64,000 nucleotides of DNA, taken from NCBI GenBank assembly GCA_012295275.1, contig CM022676.1:3658001-3722000 (forward strand). Reading direction: 5' to 3'. Below the pieces are notes generated by a model. The model was not told the DNA's origin. It searched no databases and was given only the letters and a program-made list of their open reading frames with translations. The DNA comes from Chrysomallon squamiferum (taxonomy: Eukaryota; Animalia; Mollusca). Position 1 is the stretch's first letter. Each line of letters starts with the position of its first letter. This document shows, in pieces, positions 1 through 15,501 of the stretch. The translations under genes and the position numbers were made by a program.

Positions 1-108
1 TAAATGTACAATAGAGACGTTTTTTAAAATAGAGATGATACATAGAATATATATACACACACACATACATACACTCACACACACACACACATCTACCCAT
101 CCATCCAT

Positions 109-215
<107 letters not shown>

Positions 216-1604
216 AATACAGTAAAAATTGTTCATGTTTTAGGGAAAATCATATAAATCAAACTTCAAGAAAAAACCCCATCTTTTACAAAAAGAGATA
301 ATTCTAAAACAGAGACAGACCAAATATAGTGTCAACCAAAAAAAAAAACCCACAAAGACAGAAAGACAGCCATAAAGTAGATAAAGTAATAGATTTGGTG
401 TTGTCCTAATTTCGAAGAAAAAGTTATAGAACAACAGACCGCCATAGCTTTTTTCTTTTATTTTATTTTCAACCCTAGACGCACTGAAATAAAGATAAAA
501 AAGAGAAATCCATTCCATTAATTCACCATTAATTTAGCTTTGTAAAAAGCTTTTTTTAAAAAAAAAGCGAATTTGATTACAAAACTCGAGTTATCAAGTC
601 AATTTTATTTTATTTTTTCTTGTTTTAATATTTTTTTTTCTTTGATGTCATTCATAATTAATGGTTGAGTTTTGTTTGATCACTGAATATCTGTTTGATA
701 TAAAAATAAAAAAAAAAAAAAAAAAAAAAAAAAAAGAAAAAAAAAACAAATTACAAAAAAAAAAAAAAAAAAAAAAAAAAGTATTAAAAAAAAAAAAATT
801 CAATTAAATAGAATAGAATTTTTTTTTTGCCCTTCTCTTTTCCTCTTTCTTATATACAGTTTTTTAAAGATAATTTTCTTAAAATATAGTTACTTATTTA
901 GCTACTGTAATTTTCATTTGAAACGACAAGAATAAAAGAAAGTAAAAAAAAAAAAACGAACGTTTTAAACAACATACCAAACAGCAATGGTTACTAAAAT
1001 TAGTAATATTGTGACTGTTCGAACAAACGTCTTCAGAGACTGTGTTCCTGTCCATGCAGTCTGTCTGGACTTTTTCTAACGGCATCAGAAAATCCGCTTT
1101 ATTCTTGATTAGTATATTACCTTACAGTGAAGTTTAGATGTTGGATTCTTGGCAAGATATAATCTGTCTTTATCTTCAGAATTAAATATAGAATTTATTT
1201 TCTAAAACAAAGAACACATATACAAATACATACGATCTCTTTCTATGTCTGTCTGTCTGTCTGTCTGTATGTATGTATATATAATATTATATATGTGTCT
1301 GTTTACATCCTTCTCTCTCTATCTCTCTCTGCATCTCCCCCCTCTCTGATTATTCAAACCCGCCACACATACACACACACAGACACACGGACACAATTTA
1401 AATTATTTTTTCAGCAACTTTTGAATCATATTTCAAACACAAACAAAGAAACAACTGCCGTGAATAACTTCACTTATCAATAATCATTTTACTTACTTTT
1501 CATTTCAGATCGCAGATATTTCCACTTCATCTTTGAACGCTCAAGTCAGTAAGTAGATAATGTTATTGTCGTTTTTGTGATGGTAATATTGATTTTATTA
1601 TGGT

Positions 1605-1660
<56 letters not shown>

Positions 1661-1896
1661 TGTATAAGCTGAATGACAAAGATAGAGTCTGAAATGACTA
1701 AAGATATGTATATTACATACACACACAGACAAACACACACACATAACAACAACAACAGCAACAACAATAATAATAATACTATTAATAATAATAATAACAA
1801 CAACAACAACAACCACAACACCAATAATAATAACAATAACAACATCAATAACAATAACAAAAACAACAACAACAGCAGCAGCAACAACAACAACAC

Positions 1897-2087
1897 CAAC
1901 AGCAGTCTCTACTAATTACGTGATGTTTCGTAACAGTATATCGCAACATCTCTGAATTTTAAAAAGATCTCATAACACGGAAATCATGCGACGTCAAATC
2001 CCTGGCGACAAACATAGCGAGTTAAAATTTATTAGATATTGCCTTGCAACAACAACAACAACAACGACAACGACAACAACAACAACA
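1897..2087 (+). repeat. Inverted repeat pair A, left arm (~190 bp)
   Basis: AGTCTCTACTAATTACGTGATGTTTCGTAACAGTATATCGCAA...TTTATTAGATATTGCCTTGC(AAC)6GAC is the reverse complement of 6437-6640. Confidence 0.9.
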
Positions 2088-2256
2088 CGAGAACATAGAA
2101 ACAGTTGTATTATATTGCCTTGCGCTTCCCAAAATTTTAATTGAGAAACTGTTTACTTATAATGAAGCCACTGTTGTCATATAAAATAGAATTTTCGTCT
2201 TCCTTGTTAATTTTATACATCCTTATCTTATTTGTTTCTTTGTGCGTTTGTTTTTT

Positions 2257-2287
<31 letters not shown>

Positions 2288-2366
2288 TCTGTTAATTTAT
2301 TAATTAATTTATGTATTTATTTGTTTCTTTATTTCTTTATTATTGTTTATTTATAATTGTATTTGT

Positions 2367-2445
2367 CTCTCTATCTCTGTATCCTTCTATCTATCTATCT
2401 ATCTATCTGTCTGTCTATCTGTCTATCTGTCTGACTGTCTGTCTT

Positions 2446-2498
<53 letters not shown>

Positions 2499-2670
2499 AT
2501 ATATCTATCTATCTGTCTATCTATCTATCTGTATGTCTGTCTGTCTGTCTGTCTTTCTATCTATCTATCTATTTATCTATCTATCTATCTGTCCCTCTGT
2601 CTTTCTATCTATTTATCTATATGTCTGTCTGTTTATCTATATGTCTGTCTCTCTATCTGTTTGTCTGTGT
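2367..2670. repeat. (ATCT/GTCT)n compound microsatellite
   Basis: Directly visible. Confidence 0.9.
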
Positions 2671-3183
2671 GCTTTTATGTCAAGCCTGCCTATATATATC
2701 TCCGTTTTTCAGTCTTAATAATTATCTGTATCGTAATTATATGTCGTGTACTTTTGTGCGCGGTTATGAATGTGTGTGCGTGTGCGTGTGTGTTTTTCTT
2801 CACATCACATCTCTATTTTTGAATCGTCGTTAGAAGACTAAAAATAAAATAAAAACATATTTCTAATGACTTTCTCTTTCTCGTCTGATTGACAGGCATT
2901 GTGAAGAACATGTGAAAAAGAAAAAAAAAAAAAAACTGCTTGTAATTAATCAATATAAACCTGCCTTGAAAAAAAACTAAATTTATTTGTTTCTTTGCAA
3001 AGTCGATTTTCAATGTCGTTGCAGATTATTTTTTGAATTTGTTGAAAAAAAAAAATAAAAAAATAAAAAAAGCACAAAAGAAAATTTAAAATAATTAAGC
3101 AACAGAGTGATCTGTGAACTTTTTTAGACAACAAAATATAGAAAATAAATCTTCTTTATTTTCTTATTTCTTTTAATCTGTTA

Positions 3184-3678
3184 AGCCGCGTACGCACTGT
3201 GCGATTTGTACAACCGTCTTGTAGTAATGATGCCAGGATGATACATTTCAACCGTGCTGTGTAAAAAACATCTTCAGTTTTCTTCTTTAAGTCTTGACTA
3301 TTTAGTTCTCGTTCGGGTAGTAATGTTTATTGTTATTACTATATACTCAGATATTGTTAAAGAATTATTATAAGTAACACATTAAAAGTTATATACAGTA
3401 GGTTATGTAATGGAAGTCGTATTATACAAGGAATATAAAGCAATCCATATCATTTTCTAGAAGCGATATAATACAAATCATATTCTACACATAGTCTACT
3501 ATAGGGCATATTCTACTAGATATATTCTCTACAATACAATATTATGTCACAAAACACTTACCCCTAAGTTTATAATACAAATCATTTTACCAAAAGTCTT
3601 ACGCCATAAATAACATACGTTTCAAAATCGTTAGCGCTGAAAAGGTAATTCTGAAAGTTGCGTAGTGTGAACGCGCCT
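3184..3678. mobile_element. Possible degenerate PIF/Harbinger-like MITE
   Basis: Imperfect ~24-bp terminal inverted repeats: AGCCGCGTACGCACTGTGCGATTT versus reverse complement of the right end AGGCGCGTTCACACTACGCAACTT (17/24). TTA on the left flank, ATA on the right. AT-rich non-coding interior. Confidence 0.4.
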
Positions 3679-4164
3679 ATATCTTCCACTGGTTTTCATC
3701 AGTGAGATAACGCAAAGGTCCAAGGAGCCGCGGGAGACGATTTAGCTTATCTTTCCATGTCCGCTTTGATGACCATCTTCTGAAGTCTCGTTTTCAAAGA
3801 CTTCTCATTTTTTAACCCTTGCCGTCTCTGTGTGTTTCATTTTCGATATATTTCGTCGTTATTAGCATATTAATATGCACCTGCGGGGAGGGAAATTTTC
3901 TTTTTTTTTTTTGTATCTCGTTCGGCTGAAGGTTTTGTTTTGTGTAGTTTTAATAAAAGTGGGAGATTACTGGTAGTGTGTGGATTTAAAATAGGTCTGA
4001 CTTTCGCTGAGGGAAAGTGAAAAAAAAAAAAGAAGAAAAAAAGTAATATTGTGTATAATATTTAATACCAAACAAAGCTTATTACTTTTTCACAGTGTGG
4101 TGTTGTTTGTTAGGAACCATCGTTGTAGGGGGAAAATGTAAACGATAAAGACAGACTGAGGGAC

Positions 4165-4285
<121 letters not shown>

Positions 4286-4541
4286 TGTATAGAATGCCAG
4301 AGAGAGAGAGAGCCAGACAGACAGAGAGAGACAGAGTGAGACAGAGAGAGACAGAGAAAGAGGCAGAGACAGAGAGAGATAAAAAGAAAAAGAGAGAGAC
4401 AGAGAGAGACAGAGAGAGACAGACACAGACAGACATAGAGAGAGAGAGAGCTAGCAATAACGATTAAGAGACGGAGAGAGATAAGACTGGAATAGAAAGA
4501 TAGATAGACAGACAAAAACTGAAACTGCAAGAAATATATAC

Positions 4542-4654
<113 letters not shown>

Positions 4655-5341
4655 GAAAGTTCACGAGGTTATCGAAATATACGTAAACACTAACACGGAA
4701 AGAAAAAGAGAAATTACAACCGATGGTTTGTGAACTTCGATCATTTTTAATCGACACGTAAAATCGTCTGCTGTCCTCACACCACTGTTACGTACGTCTG
4801 ATTCATTTATTTCTGAAACTGTACAAACGAAAATGTACAGCATATTTATATTCCAGAGACAGACAAATAGATAACTGGTCTTTGAGTTCATAACGAAATG
4901 GTCCCAGACAGATTAAACGTAGAGCATTGGACGTCAGCACTTTGTGAACTTTGCTCAGTGTTTTTAACCAAGTGTTTTGAAGCCTTTTTATAATTCACTG
5001 AATTCATTTCAGTGTCTTGGTCGCTGTTTTTATTAATGTTGTCCGGGTTTTCTGTGGGTGTGATTTGGAAGAGAGTCTGTTGCTTATATTAATTTATCTC
5101 TCTGTGTATAAATGTGTCTGTGTACGTTTGTATGTTTTTTTGTGTGTGTGTGTGTTTGTTTGTTTGTGTATGTGTTTGTGTTTGTTTGTTTGTTTGTGTG
5201 TGTTTTGTGTGTGTATGCAGATAGTGCCAGTTTTCAGCTTTACTTAAATTAATATCAATATTTATTGTAAAGAGAAGGTGTTCAAAGCAAAGCACTTTTA
5301 TTATTCATGATTATTTACCTATCTATCTAACACTGTCTATT

Positions 5342-5381
<40 letters not shown>

Positions 5382-6436
5382 TATTTTTATAAATTTCTTT
5401 ATATTATTATTAATATTATTTTTTCAATTATTGAATACGAATTGTAACTGATAAAATTAAATTATATATATATATATATACATATGTACATCTAATATTA
5501 CCTTTGCATGTATGTAATAATATATGTATCTATCACTCTGTCTCTCTCTATGTGTGTCTTCCTTTTTTTCTGTCTGGCTGTATTCCTGTTTATCTATACA
5601 GACTCATATAACTGATCAAAAAGCCTTACTAGATTCATAATGTTTAAATCTGTTCACTTACTTGTATTGTTCTGATGACTTGTGTGGTTTTGTCCTGCTA
5701 CTTGACCGTGTGGTGGTCAGTGGTCAGTCGGCTGACCACAAAGAGAATCAGAAGAAGTGGACACTGGGGATATTTTACTATGTCCTCTTTGTTGATTACC
5801 AAGTTGAGCGTTGTATAGAAAAACTGATCGTCGAAAAAAAAAAAAAATAATAATATTAACGTACAGTTAAATATAAATTTCAGTCAAATCTTAACAATGA
5901 GTATTTCTTTAGTTAACGATTCCTTAGCATGTTTTAATGTTAATCTTTACTTTTTTTTTTTTTTTTTTTTTAAAATACGGTTTTCATTTAATAATTTTAT
6001 CAGAGAAGATACAAGGAACAACGGCTGGAACGGGAAAAATACGAGTTTTAAACGTAATTCAAACAGAAAGAAAAAAGGAAAGAAATGAAAGAAAGAGAAA
6101 TGAAATATAAAAGTGCCAGCAAGTACGAAACTAAGCAAGAACAGGAAAATAAGTTTGTTTTTAATGATTGTTTTGTGTTTCTGCTAATCACGATGTACTC
6201 AGTGTGCCCGGATGTTAGACTGGTAATTTCACTTACGGCCGATGAAGCGCGACAATAACAAATGTGACCAGTTGCTACAAAAGGCACCCAAAGTACTTCA
6301 CTGTAATTACCGTTGTACGGTTTAGAAGCGGCTCTTTCTTTACTGTTTTCTTTTGTTTGGTTGCGCTTTTTTTGGGGGTGGGTGGGTGGGTTGTGGGCTT
6401 TTTCGGTTGTTTTTTTTGGGGGGGGTTTGGGTTTTT

Positions 6437-6439
6437 TGT

Positions 6440-6471
<32 letters not shown>

Positions 6472-6640
6472 CTAGGCAATATCTAATAAATTTAAACTCG
6501 CCATTTTTGTCGCGAGGGATTTGACGTTGCATGATTTCCGTGTTATGAGATCTTTTTAAAGTATGTATTAAATTTAGAGATATTGCGATATACTGTTACG
6601 AAACATCGCGTAATTAGTAGAGATTGCTGCTGTTGTTGTT
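6437..6640 (-). repeat. Inverted repeat pair A, right arm
   Basis: Reverse complement of 1897-2087 with scattered substitutions and a ~13-nt insertion near 6561-6573. Confidence 0.9.
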
Positions 6641-6839
6641 ATTATTATTATCAATATGATGATATTTATATCTAATAAAATACAGATAGATGTATGTATG
6701 CACGTATATATGTTTCTCAGTTTAAGTACTGTGTAGACTGTGTGTGTATATTGTTTGTATGTTATGTTTATGCATATATATATATGTGTGTGTGTGTGTG
6801 AGTGTGTTTTTGTGTATATACGTATGTGTATATTATTCC

Positions 6840-7094
<255 letters not shown>

Positions 7095-7513
7095 GAGATA
7101 ATCCTGTCACATAGATCAGAGGGTTTAAACGTCCTCAAGATATGAAAGTAAGAAAGAACAAAAATTGTCTACAGTAATAGTAAAAAGATCAGACGTCATT
7201 TTAACAAAACATTTTTCTTCCCACTACCAAAAGAAAAAAAAATATATATATATTAATCCTTGTCTAGACGTTTGCTGAAATTTCACTTCCTTATCTTAGC
7301 AGAATTATTATTTGTTATAGACAGAAATGTCTATATGTAGATACATAACACGATATATATTCATCTGTCTCGGTACGGTATGTCTAAAACTGTGACATTT
7401 TGTTAATATTTTATTATTTAGAGAACTGTCCTTTCCTATAACAGACTGCACCAGGTGACAACCTCCTCTGTATGAAAATGTACATGAATAGCATAGGTTT
7501 TCTTTCATGAATG

Positions 7514-7564
7514 TTGTTATTATTATTATTATTATTATCATCATCATCATCATCATCATCATCA

Positions 7565-7644
<80 letters not shown>

Positions 7645-7693
7645 CATTATCATGATCAATATTATTACTGTCATCATCATCATCATAATTATT
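7514..7693. repeat. (ATT)n/(ATC)n compound trinucleotide repeat
   Basis: Directly visible. Confidence 0.9.
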
Positions 7694-8393
7694 ATAAAAA
7701 ACATTCAAAAGCACATATGCCAGACCGAAATTTGTACAAATACCATCACACATATGGGTACACACATGCACATACACACACACACACACACATATCAGAA
7801 TACATTTAAGAACATCTAAACAAAACTATTTTGTTTGTATTCATGAAAAAGTCCCATCCCACTTCTTTTCAAAATCACAGACTCCTTCATTACAACCGAT
7901 AAACAAATTTAACTAAAGGCGAAACAATTCAGAGGAAGGGTAGGTCACTCCTTCAAAAAAAAAAAAAAAAAAAATCTAATCTATAAGACCGGTAAATTAA
8001 CGATAGATCGAACGTTTAAAACTTGTTCTGTTTCGTTGAATCTTTTCCATAGTTTGTACTCGGCTAACTTTCCGGAGTTTTACGGTGATTACCGATTATA
8101 AAGAACTAACAATGAATGACGTTTGTGACGTGTTCCCATGAAAAGTGCATCAAGTGCTTTTTTTTTAAAACTCTTTTTGTTTTAGATGCTCACTAACTGC
8201 AAAGTGTTTGTCTCGTTTTGTTCTGCGATGAGAACAGACTGAAGTTGTTTTTGTTTTAAAGTCAGCGGATGGAAGTTTGAGTGCAGTTAGCAAGATAATT
8301 ATTTAATTTGTCAATATATATATATATATATATATATAGATATAGACATAGATAGATAGGTAGATAGATAGATAGATAGATAGAGAGAGATAG

Positions 8394-8449
<56 letters not shown>

Positions 8450-10384
8450 TTTATAATTGTATGTGTATATATGTACATACGTGTGTATTCATTTGTGTGT
8501 ATCTGGTATGCATGCCTGTATTAATGATATATGTGTAAGTGTGTATATGTGTATGTATGTATATATGTGCGTCCACTCATGCATATATATATATATTTAT
8601 GACAACGTATACTGATATATACGTGCTATGTACTTGTATATGTTCGTATCTCTTTCCATATGTACCGTACGTGTGTCCATGCATATCATCTTTCTAGTTA
8701 TTCATGCATCTTTGAAAAAATTATACATGACGAGTATTTCTACGATATCAACATTCTAACACCGACAAAAACGACGTGGCTGACGTCCATTTCTGCTCAT
8801 GCTCCTGCGACGGTACTGACAAACTCGTTCTGACGGACGGTAACCCCGTACGGACGAATCGATTCACCTTGTGTGACCTAATTTATTTATAAAACAATTA
8901 AGACTTGATATTGTCGCTCAGATTCCCCCTCCATTATTGACGACCCGTCTAACCGAACGGGATGCTGGGATGCATTTGAAGGAGAGAGAAAAAAAAAAAA
9001 AAAAAAAAAAACGCGATTAAGTGTTTCCACGCGAAAACATTAGCGTCAAAATGCTAGTTCTGGTCCATAATGAATATCCGACCTCTTGACCTGATTTATT
9101 CAGAGGTTAAAGGTCATTGGTGCCGTTAAGGACGACTTCGCAAGGTTACTGTGATATTCGTCGATTTACTTTTGATTCAGAAAACAACAACAACAACAAC
9201 AACATAATAATAATAGTAATAATAATAGTAATAATAATGACAACTCATACATACATACAAACATACATACATACAAACATACATACATACAAACATACAT
9301 ACATACAAACAAACATACATGCATACATACATACACTAACGTATATATACATATAGTACATAAACGCACATACACAGAGATACATGCACACGCACGTACA
9401 TAAAACACACGATCTTTCTTTCCCCACAACTGAAATTTATTTACAAACTAACTTTCGTATGTGAAGCGTTGTAATCGAGCCGAAATGAAAAACCAGTCAA
9501 GAATTAGATCGACCGGTTGAAAGTCATTTTGCAAAATATGTTTCTTTCTGAAAGTAAATACCCATAATCAGAAATACCTAAAGAGTGGAACGTGTTATTA
9601 ATATATCGAAATACGTATTTATTCCGCTTAACTGCCGAAAGCGTAATAAATTGGTTGTGAAGCCGTTGAGTTACATGGTTTCAAAATTAATACTTGTAAA
9701 ACATCCAATAGACATTATTTGTCTGCATGATGTTGGGAATCGTTAAAGACATATTGATATGTATTTTTTTTTTTTTTTTTTGTTATTATTATTTATCCAT
9801 TAGTGTTAGGATTTTGCTTGAGGATTATAAAGAAAGTCTTTCGTTAAACTTGGAAATAATTATAACAAATTTTTTTTTTTAAATTTAAATTATTATTTTA
9901 AATATTCCTGGAACCGTTAAAAAAAAAAAAAAATCATTCCATGTTTTATATATTCTCATTCCTTTCGCATTGACTTCTGTTTTGACTCGGAGTTTAAGAT
10001 CAGAGCATGATCCCCTTTTAGCCATTCATAAACTATTAATCATCCTGTCTCCGAAGAGCTAAATGTTTCACAGGAAACATAAACATGCTTCCAACGATTA
10101 AAAACAAAAATTAAAAATCTTCTTTGATCTTAAAACGTGATTAAATGAATGCATTCCGCCCCCCCCCCACACACACACACATACCATTTCGCCTACATAC
10201 AGCTTAAACGGGTAATGAGAAAATTTTCCATTGAAATTGTTCACAATGTTCTTTTACTGTCCCATGCGTGCGTCATAATCATTTGCAGTCTGCGTTATAA
10301 TGTTTTTCTATGTTTATATGTGTATATATATATATATATATACAGACACACGCACACACATATATATACATACACGCATATATT

Positions 10385-10460
<76 letters not shown>

Positions 10461-10565
10461 CACTGAGTTTTTAGCTGTGTCAAATCCATTATAGATAGCT
10501 ACATAATCATCCAACAAGAAAGAAATGTTTTATTTAGTTACTAGACACACACATACATATACACA

Positions 10566-10636
<71 letters not shown>

Positions 10637-11256
10637 CTCCTTTCATGTATCTCTGACAACAGAGACGCAAAACATTCACATACACAAACATCGCATGATA
10701 ATAAAGCTTAAATTGGATTTTCTAATGCGATATTGTCATGTGAAAAAAACACCCAGCAAAAACACAAAATGCAACAAACAAACCAGAAAGTATTAATATT
10801 TTATTTGTAGCTTCAGGCATTTGTAATACATAACTCCAATTGTTTCCTCGAGCCACTTGGTTTTTTGTTTTCATTGTTTTTCTTTCTCAAGGCGGTTTTA
10901 TTACAGTTGTGTTATTGTTAATATTTGTATTATTTTATTTTATTTTATTTTATTTCCTTAGTTATTATTTTTATTGATATAAATATCTTAATCATCGTAT
11001 TCATACATTTATTATGTTACAGTCCTACTTGTTTATTGTTACTGCTACTACTACTTCTACTACTACTACTACATCTACTGCTACTAATACGTCTGTTCCT
11101 ACTACTAAATCTGTAAGTACTACTAGTACTACTGCTATTACTAAACCATTACTACTACTATTCTGACGTTCATAAAACCACTGGTTGGAACGAGAATTTG
11201 TTTAATAGATTACATTTCTGTGTCTCTTTATGTGTCTGTGTGTGTGTTTGTGTGTG

Positions 11257-11290
<34 letters not shown>

Positions 11291-11855
11291 TATATATTTA
11301 GAGAGAGAGAAAGAGCGAGAGAGAGAGAAAATTAAATTACTTGTCAACATAATATAGTGTCTGTCATTATAGCTATTACCGTTTTCTTTTCTTTTCTTTT
11401 TCTATTTTTCAATTTTTTTCCTTCTTGCTGACGAAAACGCCTCAAACGCCTCAAAAAAATGTATTTTTTCTTTATTTGTCATTATAACGACGTTGTTGTC
11501 CTTCCATCACTGTGACAGCAGCGCTGAAGTAGTCAGGTGTTTCGAAGCGAGCGAGGTCGTTGTGGCCGCGGTGTGTGACAACTTCCAGCAAAGTTTTGAA
11601 AATAAAACACAATTAAACTTTTCAAAGTCGCGAGTAATTTTCATGTCAGAAACACGTGTGTTGTCAAACTGAGCTTTCGTCTTCCTTTTTTATTTCCTGT
11701 GTTTTCTTTTCTTTACTTCTTTTTCTTTTTAAATTTATTTTATATTATTTTTTACTTTTTGTTTTTTATTTATTTATTTATTTTTAGTTGTTATTATTAT
11801 TTTATTTATTTTTATTTTACTATTGCAATATTCAATATATTCCGGATTCACAATA

Positions 11856-11898
<43 letters not shown>

Positions 11899-12812
11899 AT
11901 GCACAGATAAATGAATGAATGAATGAATAAATAAATAAATACATCACTGAATCAGTGAATGAATAAATAACTAAATACATAAATAAATAAATAAATGAAT
12001 GAATAAATAAAATTATAAATAAATACATCAATGAATGACTCAATGAATGAATAACTAAAAAAAAAAAAAAATCAAAAAGCAATCAGATCAACGAATCAAT
12101 GAGTAAACACGTGCACAGTTTCAATATATTTATTTAAAATTTAAATTTCTTTTTTTGAATATTATTATTAGAGAAAATACGGTACATATCAGATACCGGA
12201 ACAGATACGAAAATTAATAGCAAAAACATCGGAGAATTACAAACAAGAAAAAACACAGCTCATAAATAGGCGAAGATGCAAGCGTTTTCTATTCCGATTT
12301 CTTTTAGTTATGTCTTTGAGTGCGGAATTTCAAAGTAAATTACTCCGAGTGTAAAAATGTCACATTCGTTTTCGAATTTTCGTTTTCAGAGCAAGCGTAG
12401 GCGAAATTTGTTAGGGTTGGAGCGAACAAAGAACTAGTAGCAAATGTTAGAAAGAGTAAATATGATTAATCACAAGAATGGAGCTGAATACATTTTAAAT
12501 CGACAGTCTTGCCAGTTCATGCTTAAACAACTAATAACTAGAGACGAAACCCGATTCACCGCGACCATTTAATTCAGTTAATTAACTGAGATAAAAAAAA
12601 ATTCGACCTTCCCTTAAACAGGAAAACAGAGGCCGCTGAAATTTTATTTAAAACCGTTTGTGGAGGCTGTGGTTGGAACGGAATATGATGTTGAGAATGA
12701 ATGTGTAACCAGGAAAATAGCATCTACGCCAAGCTTAGGATCTATTCCCTGTTAGAATACTCGACACTCTACCCTTAGATCATTTTGACATAACAAAAAC
12801 ATCCCGTAATTT

Positions 12813-12901
12813 AGGTAGTGGAAGTGGTGGTAGTAGTAGTCGTACTAGTAGTAGTAGCAGTAGTAGTAATAGTCGTAGTAGTAGTAGAAAAAGTAGTAGT
12901 A

Positions 12902-12943
<42 letters not shown>

Positions 12944-12944
12944 C

Positions 12945-12978
<34 letters not shown>

Positions 12979-13150
12979 ATATGAGCAGCATAACAAGTAC
13001 CACAACCACAACAGGAACAGCAAAAACAACAACAATAGCAACGACAAGTAGTAGTAGTAGTAATAGTAATAAGTAGTAATAATAATAATAATAGCAGCAT
13101 AACAAGTACCACAACCACAACAGGAACAGCAAAAACAACAACAACAGCAA
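12813..13150. repeat. (GTA)n tract plus a duplicated ~52-bp unit at 12984 and 13093
   Basis: AGCAGCATAACAAGTACCACAACCACAACAGGAACAGCAAAAACAACAACAA occurs twice. Confidence 0.9.
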
Positions 13151-13997
13151 AAAATTTCGTATCCTTATTTTCCAGTCATGTAAAACCTGTGGGTTGGCGC
13201 GGAACAGAAATATCAGATTCATTGGTGCGAAATTACACGGGAAAAAACCAATCGCTTCATGATGAACAATTGAATCTGCTTCTAATTTGCAAGATCATAA
13301 AAATAACAACCACCACCCCCCCCCCACCCCAAAAAAAAATCTTTACAAAAAAAATCCCTACACATTTTTTTTTTTTTTTTTTTTTTTGTTTCGCTTTATT
13401 TTTTTTTTCTTCTAACCCAGAGAGATTGCACATTACTCTATCTGTCGATTGAGTGCGCTGTGTGATAGATATGCTTTATTGATAATTGCAAAACGGATGA
13501 AGCAACAGAGATAGCCCAGTGAAGCGAACTGCTCTTGTAATGTATTGGGTTATAGGAAGGCATGTCTGAGTAATGGAGTTGTTACCTTTTGAAGCGAGGC
13601 TGCGTTGTAAACCGGGGTTTGTCATCACTCGGGAAGGTTTCGGTTCCCCCAGCATGAAACGTAAATAATAAAACGGCTTGTGACGAGAAGGTCTGTGGAG
13701 AGAATGAACAGACGTGTTTCAGATTGTAAAACACGATATCGATCCGCGATCTCTTTGTACAGTAGAAATGCTGTGCAGCGTGTTTCTTTTCCGTTTTATT
13801 TTATTTTGTTTTATTTTATTTTATTTTATTTTATTTTATTTATTATATTATATTGTATTATATTATATTATATTATATTATATTATTTATTTATTTATTT
13901 ATTTATTCTCCTCATCCTCTTTACTTCTTTATTTATGTCTTTTTTATTTATTTTATTTTATTTATTTCTATATGTGAGCATACATTCGTGTCCATAC

Positions 13998-14110
<113 letters not shown>

Positions 14111-14204
14111 CATACATAAAACATATATACATACATATATAATGTATATATTTATACATACATACATACACTGAGCGTGAGCGTGAGAATAAGAAGACAT
14201 GCAA

Positions 14205-14313
<109 letters not shown>

Positions 14314-14739
14314 AGAGAGAGAATAACCACACACAAAAAAAAAAATAATAATAAAATAAAATAAAAAATGAACGACAGACTCGCACAAAGATGACAAAAA
14401 TGGGCTTCCATACAAGTTTGACCTATTCGTACTGTAAAATGACCTGTGGAAAAGTGAACTTTTTTTCCCGTGTGGAGATTAATTTGTTTAAAAGCGGACG
14501 GACATTTATCAGTGACGGAAGTGTAAATTAATACAAAGTAGATCCTAACAGAACGGAAATTTAGCTGTTTATTTGCTTCATCAATATTTCAGCGCGAACC
14601 AGGTCAAAAGAACGTAGAGCGAAAAATAAGTAATAACGGTTAATTCACACAGATAGTATTTTCAGTAACGATTAATATGACAGAAGCTCTGGAGACAGGA
14701 ATATTTTATTAATTATTATTTTTCTGTTATGAATGATGA

Positions 14740-14871
<132 letters not shown>

Positions 14872-15205
14872 TTACCGTTACATACTATAACACTATCATC
14901 ACTACCACCACCACTACAGGTCCTACGACTACGACTACGACCACCACAACTACAGCTACTACCACCTCTGCTTCGCACCAGCTAATCTACACCTTACTAA
15001 CCATTTGTTCCTGACACAAGTTGTCAGCCCACTCTCAAATGTCACCGCAGAATTTGAGATTTAGTTTTCACGTAATCAAACATACTCTCGGCTCATTTTT
15101 ATCTTTCAATACTTCATCTAGCAACTTGTTAAGTTTGACCAAGTTAAACTCGGCTGATTTCAGATTTCCTTCCTTCCATCTCGTTAGGCAATTTAGAACC
15201 GCGTC

Positions 15206-15332
15206 GTTAGAGAGGCAGAGACAGACAGAAAGAAAGAAAGATAGGTTAGAGAGGCAGAGACAGACAGAAAGAAAGAAAGATAGGTTAGAGAGGCAGAGAC
15301 AGACAGAAAGAAAGAAAGATAGGTTAGAGAGG
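15206..15332. repeat. 39-bp minisatellite, ~3.3 copies
   Basis: GTTAGAGAGGCAGAGACAGACAGAAAGAAAGAAAGATAG starting at 15206, 15245, 15284, partial at 15323. Confidence 0.9.
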
Positions 15333-15428
15333 GGAACGAGAGAGAGAGAAAAAGATGTATGTTTGGTTGTGTGTGTATGTGTGTGTGTGTGTGTGTGTGT
15401 GTATATACAGCAGTAAACAGTAATAGAG

Positions 15429-15501
<73 letters not shown>

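Noticed and set aside
5720-5739. Perfect small hairpin GTGGTCAG-TCGG-CTGACCAC
   Set aside because: Only an 8-bp stem, too short for a miRNA precursor, and no supporting context
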